NCBI GenBank assembly: GCA_040954595.2
Contig: CM082582.2
Location: forward strand, 3,518,303 to 3,582,302
Source: Balanoglossus misakiensis
Taxonomy: Eukaryota; Animalia; Hemichordata
Direction: 5' to 3'
Length of the DNA stretch: 64,000 bases
Part shown: piece by piece, positions 39,655-59,605 of the stretch
How positions within the stretch are numbered: position 1 is the first letter of the stretch
Layout: the number at the start of each line of letters is the position of its first letter
Made by a program: the position numbers and the translations under genes
The notes under the pieces: model-generated
The model's database searches: none
The model's input: only the letters and a program-made list of their open reading frames with translations
What the model was told of the DNA's origin: nothing

Positions 39655-39803
39655 TAGTGCAAGAAACTACAGAATCAGCTTCTTCTGCTTTATAATGGCC
39701 ACCTTTCTACTAGGCTGTATGACAAGAAAGATGATTTCAACTTTGCTATCATCTGCATGTATGTTGCACACCTTGACAGCAATATTCCACTCTCACCCGC
39801 CTT
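39655..39803 (+). mobile_element. Degenerate Penelope-like retroelement RT fragment
   Basis: Translates as ETTESASSA...NGHLSTRLYDKKDDFNFAII...LDSNIPLSPA, resembling the LYDKRDDFNF...SNIP-SPAYG stretch of Penelope-like elements. Confidence 0.55.
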
Positions 39804-42049
39804 TGTGTTAGAATTTTGTCATTATCCCGCTTTTTTCTGAAATATTGTGGGAAAATGCTGAGTCAGCACTTTTCTTGCACTTGTAATGCTATAGTTTTCC
39901 TCTGGTGAAAATATCTGAACAGCTGTATCAAAAATAAATCAAGGTGGCCGAAACTGTCAATTTGAATTGAAAGTGTTCTTGTTGTAGTATAGTTAAATAT
40001 AGTCAAATAGAAGCTAGTACGACATAATCAATTAGTTCAACTGGAGTGTGTCATGCTTCACGGAACTGCAGTCAAAGGGGCGTGGTCAATACAAGCGAAC
40101 ATTTATGTTTGGTGGTGGCACAGCAGGTCCCAGCCCATTTCAGACAACCTCTCTCGTACAATCTCTTGTACACATCACACAGGTCTGTAACACATTTATT
40201 GTTATAATATTTTCAGTATTTTCATGTTACAGTTTCTTGTTATACTCCCTACAACATATTCGCACGTCCCTTATTCACCTGGTCATCACAGCCTATAAAC
40301 CAGCAAAGTTTAATATATTGTTGGCAAAGGAAGTATATTCAGGACTTTAAGAGTCAAAAATGATATTGCACTTTACATAAATATATTTACTGCGTTGACA
40401 AGCGAAATTCTTGGCATTTAAACGCTTCAGCGAGCATATCAAGATGCTGTAGTTGTTTATACCACAATAATGAAATAATCACCGCACGTTACGGCTACTG
40501 TCTTTTTGGTGACTTTCTATGCGTCGGTAATGTGTTGAGCACAGTAGCTAGCGGTATTTTCTACATTGACTTATAATTGTTTTTCAGTTGTGTTGTGGTA
40601 ACGACACACTGCATTGACTCTAGACACTGCTGGCTTCTATGAAAAGACTTACTGTCAATGAGAATGCTTTTTACTGTCTGAATATCTTGACCTCACTTGG
40701 CATTGTTCAGTTCGCTTAGGCCCACTTGTGATCATATGCAAACACCACTCGCTACCACTGTACCAGCACTACTAAACCTTTTTCTTCGCCAAAAGTAACG
40801 GGTGGCTGACACGGTAGGATATTTATTCATTCATCTTATTGGCGAAGTTGTCACGAGTTAAAATAAGAGAGCTTTTCTTGTTTAAGTTCATAATGAAGGC
40901 GGAATAGCGATACATCTAGCTATGGTCGGTTGACACCCAACTTTTTATTCCCTGGTGCATGCAGTCACTACATAAAATGTTAAAAAGTGTTTTCAACTAT
41001 TCTTGTTTCACAATTTGTATAATCAGAAGCATTTCTGTTTCATTTAAACTTTTGCCTGATGACTCTTGTATCTTATCATCTCGCCTACCTATAAAACCAT
41101 CGTACAGTGTATTGTATAGTGAACTTGGGAACGGCGTGACCTTAATAGCTTAAATCGGGTATGAAAGGAGACGCTTTTAGCTTTCATCGTATACTAGTAT
41201 TTTGGGGCTAAGGTCACTTAGCCAACCTCGATCTCATGACACCTAATAATTAATCACCTTTGGGTCGACACAGTGAATACCTTTGAAGGATTTTTCACTT
41301 TGCTTAGAATATGTTTTGCGTTGTTGGCGACATCTATCGACATCCCTGTGGAAACAAAACTTGTAATTTCCATGGCATAATTTTGGTCAATACAGTCAAG
41401 TAGTATGTTAAACACATAGGCAAGGTGTGGGTAGGTCTGTAACAACCGATGATTCAGCTTTTTCTTGTCATCACAGAACAACAAAATTGACTTAGAAGGC
41501 GAAACAAATAATTACCAGAATAGTTCCGAACTTTGATGATTTCATGTCTTAGGTTGATGACATACTATATGTCATCGTTTTAAAAGAAAACAAATCTGAC
41601 ATTTAATGTCCGTAATAGTAAATGTAAAGATGTTCATAACAGTTATTCTGCTCAGTTTGTAGTCTCTGTCACTTTTCTTGATTCCGTTGAATATCTAAGA
41701 AAGCACATGAAGATCATCAGAGTTAACTTTAATACTTGAAAGTCACATTTTGACAACAAATTATGTAGTCGTTGCGCGCAATGGGCAGCATATCTTTAGA
41801 CAGGAATTACATAATTGACAGACTGTGATCAAAGTCAATACTTGTTGATAGTCTGACAAACATGAAAAATGTTTTACTGACAGACATTAGCTAGATTTCA
41901 TGTCTGTTTTGTTTGTAATGCTAATCTATCTCCTTGAATTCATATTTCATTACACTAAGAAATTTCTGGTTAGTGTATTTGACGCAGCTAGTTCTATGAC
42001 AAGCAGAAATTCCAGACCCAGTCATAGCACTATTTTCGCAACACTGCAT

Positions 42050-42290
42050 CGATTGATTGATAGAGTGAGTGAGTGATTGAGTGAGTGAGTGAGCGAGCGA
42101 GCCATCCATCCATTCATTCATTCATTCATTCATTCATTCATTCATTCGTTCGTTCGTTCGTTCGTTCGTTCGTTCGTTCGTTCGTTCGTTCGTTCATTCA
42201 TTCGTTCGTTCGTTCGTTCGTTCGTTCGTTCGTTCGTTCATTCATTCATTCATTCATTCATTCATTCATTCATTCATTCATTCATTCATT
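42050..42290. repeat. Compound (GAGT)n/(TTCA)n/(TTCG)n microsatellite
   Basis: Directly visible; source of spurious low-complexity ORFs. Confidence 0.97.
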
Positions 42291-42355
42291 GATGTACTAA
42301 ATCTATATATATTTTCCTTATATATCAAGCCCAACAACAACCACTGTAGACAAGT

Positions 42356-44080
42356 ATGCTGCTGTTTGCATTGATTTCACTCTCCGTGGTCACTCAGATT
42401 CACAGTACAGGTAAGCATTGCAATAGTTTGACGAGCTAACTAAATTATGTTTAATATCTACAAATAATATTTATGATCATTGCAGGGAAAGTGCATTTTG
42501 TAGATTTTCGGCAAATATTGCAGTATATCTTGGGCAATTATTTTGCATATAAAGTGGGGGATTCTTTTCAGTGCTTTAACTGTAAATTTAGTTTATGTAT
42601 TTCCTCCAACTTGTTGGGTTTTTTTCCATTGTATCATGAATTATTTCCCTAACAAGCTAGCAACTAGAATAAGCATTAATTTGTCCGTTCTCTGCAGAGT
42701 ACGGGCCAATATGCAACTGTAAACATTATCAGGTTTACACCAACCAAATGTTCTGGGCAGAAGCGGCAGTTTTTTGTGAACTGGAAGGCGGAGCTCTAGC
42801 GAAAATATCTGACAAGTCCACGGACGATTCCATACGGAATTACATCATGGAAAGCGGGGCTGGCGACGAGGTGTCCACGGGCTTTTGGATCGGACTGAAT
42901 GATCGATATGAAGAAGGGACATTCAGATGGCCAGACGGAGAAATCTACTCGGAGTGTGGAAGTTACTCCAACTGGGCTCCAGGTGAACCGAACAACAACG
43001 AGAGAAAGGATCCAAGCGGACAGGATTGCGTTCAGCTAATGTAAGTGGCTATTGGCACAGGCCCTTGAGGTATTGTTTTGATAGTAATCGTTTTTAATAT
43101 GGGGAATATGAAGACCCATGGTACATGATAGTGTTATGTACATGTATGACCGAGTGACTATGGCCACCAGGCCACTCCTGCACAGCTGGGTTAGGGTTAG
43201 AGGTGCAGTTTTACATTCGACTATGGGACTAAAATCTGTTAACGAATTTCTCTACACCATTGACCTATGTTGATCCCATTAAATATGTACATACCAAGTC
43301 TAGGCCAACCAATGGGACTAGGAGTCTGGTTTTCTTGAACATGGACTACTTTGGGATCAACCTTTTTTGACAAAATTTTTGGTGACCTCGCGGTGACCAC
43401 CTGCTTTCCCATATCTTGGTTTCCACAGTAGATACAGCCTTGGCATTCCCTGGTAAGCATGGGAACCGCTTGGACCCCGCCAATGCGGCTTGCAGCTTTA
43501 ATTTAGCTTGTACATGTATTCACACGTACAGCCACAATGAGAAATTGATAATACGTTTGTGTCATAGTTAAAAGTGGGGTATCCACCAGGTAACTGTTTT
43601 CTGAGTACGAAAAAATTCAGCCATTGGGTCTTTAATAGGGTCATGCAGGACTGATCTTTACTGACGACAGATATTTCTGTCTGATCAACTTGCAGGAAAC
43701 GGCAGGATTTTAAATGGGACGACGATTACTGCCAGGATCAGCGAAGAAAGGGCTTTGTTTGTGAATTTAATGGTAAGAAAACTTTGGTCACAAATCTGTG
43801 TATTACGAATACTGATGTCAATAAAAATTTGTAGCCCATATTTTCCCAAACACTGGGCATATTCAATTCACATTCTCATCTATGTTGGTTCATCAAAACT
43901 AACGGTGGGTGATAAGCTGTTATATTAATCGTTGTGGTACTATATACCCCCAGGCATAGAAGGTGTTTTTGAAAGCATCCAAACTACCAGTGAAATTTCT
44001 ATATTTTAATACATTTGGTTATTTTACTTTTCTTTATAGATTGTGATTATGAGTTATGTGCGGCCTGCACCGGTGATTAA
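42356..44080 (+). CDS. Secreted single-domain C-type lectin A (about 171 aa; exons 42356-42410, 42698-43040, 43696-43772, 44040-44080)
   Basis: Signal peptide MLLFALISLSVVTQIHST. CTLD motifs [49 protein letters not shown] junctions in frame; AATAAA near 44266. Confidence 0.92.
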
Positions 44081-44658
44081 AATACGGCGCTTCATCCCTA
44101 ACATTGGAATTTGCTGTATATTTCCCGGGGAAACTAGTATACAATGCCAAGGAGCTCATCAAAATGGAATAGGACTTGTATTTCTGATGCTAACAATCAT
44201 TTCTATGTAATAATTGCTAGCATTTTAATTCACTTTTAGATGTAGGAGTAATACGATTGTTGACAAATAAATAAAAAGACTGACAACATGGCGATGTGCT
44301 CATCAATTTGTCTGCATCAATGAAGTCATTTTTGTGTGCAGTAGTGACGTCATCAGTGTGCGCATGACTCTGTCAATGTGTCTGAAGAAAATACTGCATA
44401 AGTGTCTGCAACAATGAGTCTAACAATGGATAATATGTATGCGGGATTTGATGCTTGGCATGAGACAGTGGATTTCATGTCATCGATATAGAGTTCTTGT
44501 GTCTTGAACACTAAGCCTAAGACTGGTCGCATCACTAATTTCCCTTTACAATACACCGATCTGATTAAAATCAGGTGTTGGGCGCCGTCTTTACCTTTGC
44601 TGATTTAGCGATGTCAAAAATGGACTAAGCGTTGAAGTAAATGAATACAACAGTTCCA

Positions 44659-44731
44659 CCATAGACAGTAGAGGGGGAAGAGGTGCAGTTTTACATTCGA
44701 CTATGGGATTTCCCCCCTCTACTGTCTATGG
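44659..44731. mobile_element. 73-bp mini-MITE with 5-bp flanking direct repeat (copy at 60074-60147)
   Basis: TTCCA|CCATAGACAGTAGAGGGGGAA...CCCCCTCTACTGTCTATGG|TTCCA. Confidence 0.75.
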
Positions 44732-45688
44732 TTCCACGAATGAATAGAACACTGAGGAAGAGACATAACGGTGTCATGAACGGACAATGGCTGTCAGCTT
44801 ACCCGGTCCCCCACCAGAAGGTAAACAGAGAAGTGTGTAAACCTAACGAGTGCGGACGCTTTCCCTCCCTCCTTGGCGGGTCTAGTGCCAATCCCGCCCG
44901 GGGAAGCCAGGAAGACCCGCACGATGCCCTTCGCTTGCCCATATGTTACATACAAGTGCGTGCTTGAACTGTATTGGGCTGACTGCGGGCGACGGCTGCC
45001 AAACGTTTGTACAATGAATACTACATATACTGGTATATAATTGAGTCACAAGTCAGTATATTAAATTAAAATGCTTTAATAATTCCACTTAAATTTTAAT
45101 TTATCCTTGAGGTATCAACACATTATTACGAATGGTGCTTGTCATCCAAAAAGATTTATTCCTGAATACTCACAAAATCTGAGCTATTACAAATTTTACG
45201 TACAGCATAAACTCCCAAATTAAAATTATTAATAATTTGACAAATGAAGACTTACCAATCAATATTTATAGTTTTGGCACGCACTTGTGTACGTAATTGA
45301 ACGTGTTGAAGGTCCCTGTGACGGGCCCCGGCCGTATTGAAACATCAAACTTTGGCAAACGGGGATCCGTTTTTGTAACCAATGAACAACTCATTCAGGT
45401 TATTTTGCATGAGACGTATTGACCAATCACAGCAGGCGCATAAATCATCACTATGATCGTTCCTCTAATCACTTTGTTCACCTACCGTGAATACATCTGA
45501 AATTGCGAAAATACCATCAAACAAAAATTTCAATGAAAAGCAGGAACCGTTGATAATATTATGACCAGCAATTAAGTTTTACGCTGGGGTATGCGTTTCT
45601 CATTTAGCCATTACCCGAAAACGTCATTACTATATAAAAGAACACAAATCGTCGCGGAAACATCGTCTCCAGGAGTACAGGTATAAGT

Positions 45689-46416
45689 GTGATTAAGCCC
45701 GTTTGTGTAGTACACATCCTATTAGACCAAGGTTTGGGAAGAACTACTGTATCCTGCAAATTTAGAGTCTATCCCGCGTGGCAACGAGGAGCGACAAAGA
45801 AGGTGAGTGACTCTGATGAGAAAAATTGCATCGTAATGATTGTGAAAAACGATTACAGCGAACATTTTACGTTCTGAGGCGACGGCAACCATGTTGATAT
45901 TTCCGCGAACCGTCGTGTTCACATTGTCGTCGTATGCAGTCAGAGATACCTTGGGATACATTCAACAAGGAATGGACTCCCACTTGTAATGACTTCGGCC
46001 ATTACATTTGTGAAGGTCACAATTCATTATACAGGTGGAAAAGATTGCTGAAATTCATTTAAAAACCATTTACCTTCTGTGAAATTATCGCTTTAGTGAA
46101 TATGTTTGCATTAAGTTCTGGCGCAGAACAAAAAAGTTTTCTATCCTGATTTGAATTCTGAATCGCTTTGGGCTTTTCTTTATACTGTAATGAGTGGTAT
46201 TCCCTAGACAACCTTTGGGGCACAAAGATCACCTCTATATTTACTTCGAGTATAGTATAATGAGTGTGTTTGATATGAAATGATAGTCGTTGAATGTGTT
46301 GGCTGCCTATCGTTCAATGCGACATGAACATCAATGTGATAATGACGTCACTTAAAATATCTATAATTCGGTTTGTTTTAACAGTGGAGAGTGAAAGCGA
46401 AAATTGTGATTATTGA
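45689..46416 (+). pseudogene. Possible degenerate C-type lectin-like gene remnant (copy at about 61120-61855)
   Basis: YPAWQRG...EKNCIVM, then in another frame WDTFNKEWTPTCNDFGHYICE, and a terminal mini-exon VESESENCDY*. TATA box at 45631. Interrupted by a stop and a frameshift. Confidence 0.35.
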
Positions 46417-47554
46417 ATGATTATTGAACGGTGGCAGCCATATTCGCTTGCGGCAAAGCTTTATTATTTATCTGGTTAAAACTTGCATATGCACTCATAT
46501 ATTAAGGTTTATAATGCTTGTGTATAGTTCACTGCCTTCATCTGCATGGACTAATGGTAGTACAGTTTGAAACAAAAATTATGATAATTATCCCAAAAGT
46601 TGCAGCTTATGTGCGTAAGTACCTAAACTTGCTTGATATGCAGCTGGGATTAAGTGTGATCTTGATTGACAGTATAAATACCGTAGTCTTGATCATATCA
46701 TGACCTGGTATAGTAAACACTGGTCTAAACAGTCATATGCATGGCGTAAAACAGAATACACCACGTCATTTCAGGTTTACAAGATTTGCTGGTATGCCGT
46801 AAGTGAATTGCGATTCGTGACAGAACGGTCGTTTTGAATCGATCACTGCTTCATTTCATGTTTGACAGAAACCTATTAAAATCATTCGACGCTCGATTGA
46901 AGTAAATGTCCATTAGGCTTCGAAATAATCATAACTGAAGGGCTGACACTTAAGCTGGTTGAAATTGTGCCGGTATTAATAATCAATCTTGATAGTTATC
47001 GACGAATAGGTAGGGAGTCGACTGGAAGTAAAATAAATAAGAGCGGGATATGGGGGTGGGGTTACAACAGACAGACAGACAGACAGACAGACAGACGGAA
47101 ATGGCGACAGAAAGATAGGCGAAGACAGGCACCGACAGGAGGGAGAGACACAGACAGATACAGAGCGACACAAAGATATATAGAGATATTTAAATCTATA
47201 TACATGTATATATTATCAGAATTGTGATTTCTTTGCTTTGAATTCGTTACGTTTGACATATTTTGGTAACTTTGCAATGAAATGCTGACTTCCTCTGTTC
47301 TTTTCCCGATATCGTTTATCGACAATGACATCAATATGTCAGTCGAAAGTAATTTTTGAGATCCTCATGCATGTATATGAAGTCAGGAAGGTACAGGCTG
47401 AAGGCTTGGCTCCCTTGGGTTTCCCGGATCGTCTAAAATTATACAGATATGTTCTTACTATGAATCCAATTTAACCGGGATCGCGTCTACCCTTTGTAAT
47501 CAAACGACATTTTAGTTGCAAAAATCATTTGAAATAGAATTCTTCTTTTTAATG

Positions 47555-47880
47555 TTCACCTCCTCACTTACAAAGCTTTGAAAGGCACCGCACCTGATTA
47601 CCTAACTTCACTCATCCAATGTAATAACCCTATGAGATCTCTTCGTTCACCTGATGAGCCTATGGTGATTGTTCATTCTCGTGTGCCGCTCCTACACTGT
47701 GGAAAGAACTGCCCAATAACATTCGATCAGCATCAAGTACATCGTAGTTTAGTTTGTACAATGCACTCAAGTTTCTAATTCTAAACTCAAGATCTATATT
47801 TTCAGAGAGAGCACACTCATGCCATACTTTGTAAAGCGCCAGTGGACATTTTGTTCATGGAAATCAGGCGATATATAAAT
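47555..47880 (+). mobile_element. L2/CR1-group LINE 3'-end fragment (copies at about 54130-54215 and 62960-63450)
   Basis: LLTYKALKGTAPDYLTSLI...RSLRS...LWKELPNNIRS...SKLK, followed by a tail TGTAAAGCGCC...GGCGATATATAAAT. Confidence 0.7.
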
Positions 47881-48226
47881 TCATTGTCGTATGATGAGTT
47901 TCCAGCTCTGAAGAACAGGGAATAGATTGTGTGAAAAAGTAACACTCTTAATTTTGTATGAATTGCCCACGAGAAGCTCACAAGCTCACTTGTTTTTTCC
48001 AGATTAGGAAACTTTTAAATCTTGTCTCTTAATCATATATGGATTCGTCTATTTTGAGTTTAATGTTGAAAGTTTGCATGGATTTAACATTTTGGTCACA
48101 TTTTATCTAAATGTCCTTGTATGGAAGTGATTCTCCCGGCAAAGCGCTTGCACAAACTTCATACGTCTCTCCTCTGAATGCCTGAATAAACAAAGTGATC
48201 TTCCCCACATTGCATCAGCCCCTAAC

Positions 48227-49001
48227 TTAAAACCCCTACAGCTACCAAATTTCACATATTTTTTCCATAATAAAATACTTCAAATCTATTACCTATCTCA
48301 ATAAAATCCTTACCATTAAGCCATATTTCTTGTACATGCATTTGCATCAGTTTGTCATCTTTGGGGACAGTTACCACGATGGATGCGTATTGTTTGTATG
48401 GAGGCTGATTAAATCGGTGCGGCATCTGTTTAATGCATAGCGTGTTCAAATTGCAACACGCAGCCACAATCATCGATGAGATGTTGATGTATACATCTGA
48501 ATTTTCTAGACCAACCAAACACAGTTTGATGGCCGACACTAGTAAAACTGCGATTTACGCTATACCATGCATTTAGAACGTTTACATAGAACTGTGGTAG
48601 AAGACATTTAACGTGATCTGGAACCTCACTCCAAATAACATACTGCTTTAATAAGCTGGTGGTATCATCTAGCTGGAAATATGAATGTGGTATTACAGTC
48701 CATGTGGCATCTGTACATTCAAGCAATCGCTTGACCCACATTGCTTGCAATGCTTGCACCTGACACATCACATTAATATGTTTAACACCACCCTTGTGAT
48801 GCTCTTTTTCAAGCACCTTGTTTGACAAAATTCTCTTGCGTTTTACAAAGTTGTCAATCAACTCCTGCACCCTATATCATTTGGCATGCCGATTACGGAG
48901 TGTTGATGTATACCTATCAGTAAGCTTTTTTCTATGTACCAATTTCAGTGGAAAATAAAATCATGGAAATAATTTAAAGGTGGCAGCTCTAGAGGCTTTA
49001 A
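48227..49001. mobile_element. TTAA-flanked MITE containing a nested LINE fragment
   Basis: Same termini as 36957-37301. Absent from the paralogous site near 54505. Confidence 0.8.
48495..48900 (-). mobile_element. Tx1/L1-like LINE ORF2 internal fragment
   Basis: KGGVKHIN...ALQAMWVKRLL...W...LPQFYVNVLNAW resembles the post-RT region of Tx1/L1 elements. Flanked by the 13-bp direct repeat TGTTGATGTATAC. Confidence 0.7.
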
Positions 49002-49121
49002 TTCTGTTGGGTTTCTTGCCGTGATTCAGGAATGGCTTTGTTAAAAGAGATATGGACATTGTTTTACATTGTACTGCTCTCAATTTCCTTTGAAAACCTG
49101 ACAACCAACGACCCGGTCAAG

Positions 49122-52161
<3,040 letters not shown>

Positions 52162-54642
52162 AGACCACAAAGTGGCTGAAAACGTCCTAGCCCAGTGTTG
52201 ATGCTTTATAGAACTGTTCAATTTATTTCAAATAAAATCTGCTGAAATGAGCATGCATACATTAATATCATACACCGTTTCACGAATCTTTCAATTTATT
52301 TATTTATTTATTTATTTATTTGCACTCAATTTATAACACACAATAACAAAAAATAAACCACAGTGGAATACGGTTCTAAATAAATACATTCAGTAAACGT
52401 TTAAACTTATTTTCACTGCATATACGCGTTTTCGGGCTCCCGGTGGGCAATTCCACGCTTTTGTCGCTCTAAAAGTAGCTTTCGGGTATTCAGCATAATC
52501 CGCTTTTAGGGACCGTTCAGTTTTTACGGCCGGGGGGGGGGGGCGGCAAAATCCAGGGGGGGGGGGGGGTCACTTAAATTTTGAAGTCCACAAGGGGTGG
52601 TCATCTGGTTTTCTAATGTGGGATCAAGCCCCCCGTCAGTGATAAACCAACTCACCAGGGCTACAATTATTGCAGCTAGAAAGCACCCTGCCTCATGTAT
52701 TGAGGGAAATCTGTACACGTCATGAAACGCGTTGACTGTATGGACACAGAACAGAGCGCGGGAAGCGGGCGAGCGACAGGAATGTTTATGAACATTTTTG
52801 TGGATGAAGTGGTATAGCTAGCAATTAGTGCGGGGGGAGGGGGGGAGTTAAAATGCCTAAGAAGTGGAGGGGTCCTGGGGAGTCCTTAGCTGCTGTCTGG
52901 TCATGCGTGGTCTTTCAGCGTCGATTGCTCCTTGTCGATCCTCTGTTCTCTGTTCTATCTCGGTCCCCTATTGTCCTCCGTTTCACCCTCACTTTCTCCA
53001 ATTGTTTTACCGCACGTTGCTGCCAGTGTAATACGAATGCTTTCGTGGTGTGGGCTTGATAACAGCATGGACAAAATCTTGATGTGACTGTGAGTGTCCT
53101 TTGCTGGATTTTCTGGCATGCCCACAGCCCCTCTCCAACGCCAGATTGATGTCATATAACAGGAACTTGGAAACTGCATGGTGAAACCGTTTGGTTTTTG
53201 ACCATTTGTAACTGTCATTTCAAATTCCGAAAAGACAACATAATTGTGGCATAAATGTTTACTTGGGTCGAAGAATTTGCCACGCGTAAAAGATTTATAT
53301 AGAAGGGGCAGAGACCAAGACTATTAAACTGGTTTCTACGAAGGTAGCTCGACATGACTCGGGGTCAACTATTCGTTGCCACAGTTTAACAGTTTCGGCG
53401 GACAGCATAATCGTTTCCTTGCATACACTTGCACCTGCACCACAAAACAATTACATATTTCCCAACGAGTCATCAGTTTCTCGAAGGAAATTATACTTTG
53501 GAAGTCTGATCATACCCTAGATCGAATATGTATCTACTGATCGTTGTAAAGGAAGTTCAGTCAAATCATGCTTTTTGCAGCCGTTGGGAACTCGATAGAA
53601 AGGAGGGGAGTAGGAATTACAGTAAGTAAAACATGGGGGGATATGGTGGTGGGGGTTACAACCAGGCAGACAGACAGACAGACGGAAAGGGCGACAGAAA
53701 GATAGGCGAAGACAGGCACCGACAGGAGGGAGAGACACAGACAGATACAGAGAGACACAAAGATATATAGAGATATTTAAATCTATATATTTATTATCAG
53801 AATTGTGATTTCTTTGCTTTGAATTCGTTACGTTTGACATATTTTGGTAGCTTTGCAATGAAATGCTGACTTCCTCTGTTCTTTTCCCGATATCATTTAT
53901 CGACAATGACATCAATATGTCATTCGAAAGTAATTTTTGAGATCCTCATGCATGTATATGAAGTCAGGAAGGTACAGGCTGAAGGCTTGGCTTCCTTGGG
54001 TTTCCCGGATCGTTTAAAATTATACAGATATGTTCTTACTATGAATCCAATTTAACCGTCTACCCTTTTGTAATCAAACGACATTTTTAATTGTAAGTAT
54101 ATCACTTGAAATAGAATGCTTCTTTTCAATGTTCACCTCCTCACTTACAAAGCTTTGAATGGCCCCGCACCTGATTACCTAACTTCAGTCATCCAATGTA
54201 ATAACCCTATGAGATCAAAGTAACACTTTGATTTTGTATGAATTGCCCACGTGAAGCTTACAAGCTCACTTATGTTTTTTTCCAGATTAGGGAACTTTTA
54301 AATCTTTGTCTGTTAACCATATATGTATTCGTCGATTTTTAGTTTAATGTTTAATCCTTAAAGTTGAAAGTTTGCATGGATTAAACGTTTCGGTCACATT
54401 TTATCAATTTGAAAGTGTCCATATATGCTTGCACAAACGTTATACGACTCCTCTAAACGCCTGAATAAAAATAAGTGACCTTCCACGCATTGCATTCAGC
54501 CCTCTTTTAGCTCTGTTGAGTTTCTTGTAGTGATTCAGGGACGGCTTTGATGATGGATTTGCTGAAAGAGATGTGGACATTGTTTTACATTGTATTGCTT
54601 TCAATTTCCTCAGAAAACCTGACAACCAACGACCCGGTCAAG

Positions 54643-58224
<3,582 letters not shown>

Positions 58225-58558
58225 AGACCACAAAGTGGCTGAAAACGTAGTTTCCTTGCCCAGTGTTGATGCTTTATAGAACTGTTCAATTTATTTCAAA
58301 TAAAATCTGCTGAAATACTTTAATATCATACACCGTTTCACGAATCTTTCAATTTATTTAATTATTTATTTGCACTTAATTTATAATACACAATAACAAA
58401 AAATAAACCACAGTGGAATACGGTTCTAAATAAATACATTCAGTAAACGTTTAAACTTATTTTCACTGCATATACGCGTTTTCGGGCTTCCGGTAGGCAA
58501 TTCCACGCTTTTGTCGCTCTAAAAGTAGCTTTCGGGTATTCAGCATAATCCGCTTTTA

Positions 58559-59605
58559 GGGACCGGTCAGTTTTTACGGCCGGGGGGGCGGCAAAATCCA
58601 GGGGGGGGGGGGGGGCGGGTCACTTAAATTTTGAAGTCCGAAAGGGGGGGGGGTCATCGTTTTTTTAAAAACGTTTAGGGGGTCACTTACTTTTGCCACA
58701 AAACCCACCCCCTACATTCTCCGCCACATTTCATTTTTTGTACCAGGGCAGAGTGCTTGCCACCCCAACCCCACCGATGATAATATTTAACAAAGTGAAT
58801 ACATAAAGGAGAATAATTATTTAAACCATTTTGCATAACTGATAGTTTCGCGCTGCATCTTCTATATACTAGAAGTTTTATAAATGATGTCATGACGAAG
58901 ATGACGCCAAATCTTCTAACTTTGAGTGGAGTGGCAAAAAGTAAAATTGGTCCTCCCAAACATTGAGATAATTTGCTTTTGAGTTCATTAAAATGTAACT
59001 TTGCGGTACATATTTTACAAAATTTTCTTACGTGGGAGGGGGACACCCCCTCCCACCCCCTCCATTCTTCGCCACATTGCATTTCTTCACTGGTTTGTCT
59101 ACTTTACCAGGGAAGACTGCTTGCCACCCCACCCCCGATGCTTACTTAGTGGAGTGGCAAAATTAAAATTTGTCCTACCTAACAGTGAGTTAATTTGCTT
59201 TTGAGTTCATTAAATTGCAACTTTGAGCACCGTATTTTACAAAATTTTCTTATGTGGTCACCCCCTCCCACACCCACCCCCGGCACTTTTTATTGACTTG
59301 TCATTTTAATTTGTTCATAGATTTCTTTATTGCAACGATATACTATTATATACTTCAATAATACTTTAAGAAATTTATAATTGGGGTGTCAGGAGCCTCA
59401 TTCCCTTTATTGCATACAGTGTACATAGGATCAGGACGGCGAATGTTTTTCGGCGTGGGGGGGGGGGGGTCATCATATTTTTGGGTCTGTCAAAGGGGGG
59501 TCATCTTTTTTTGGTCCTGGGTGAAGGGGGGTCGGCCTGATTTTGAAAACCCATGACACAAACTTGCCAACCCCCCCCCCCCTGCCGTAAAAACTGAACG
59601 GTCCC
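58559..59605. mobile_element. Non-autonomous DNA transposon (Harbinger-like GGG termini, TWA flanks)
   Basis: TTA|GGGACCGGTCAGTTTTTACGGC...GCCGTAAAAACTGAACGGTCCC|TAA. A truncated left-end copy lies at 52509 to about 52600. Confidence 0.8.

Larger units (their letters stand above)
44191..48435 (+). repeat. Segmental duplication block, copy 1 (copy 2 at 59606-64000)
   Basis: Near-identical collinear sequence starting TAACAATCATTTCTATGTAATAATTGCTAGC; duplicated ORFs in the ORF track. Confidence 0.95.

Noticed and set aside
42085-42300. Low-complexity ORFs (SFIH/SFVR repeats)
   Set aside because: Translations of a microsatellite.
44683-44967. 94-aa ORF duplicated as a 124-aa ORF at 60099
   Set aside because: Non-ATG start inside a mini-MITE, and the frame is not conserved between the duplicates.
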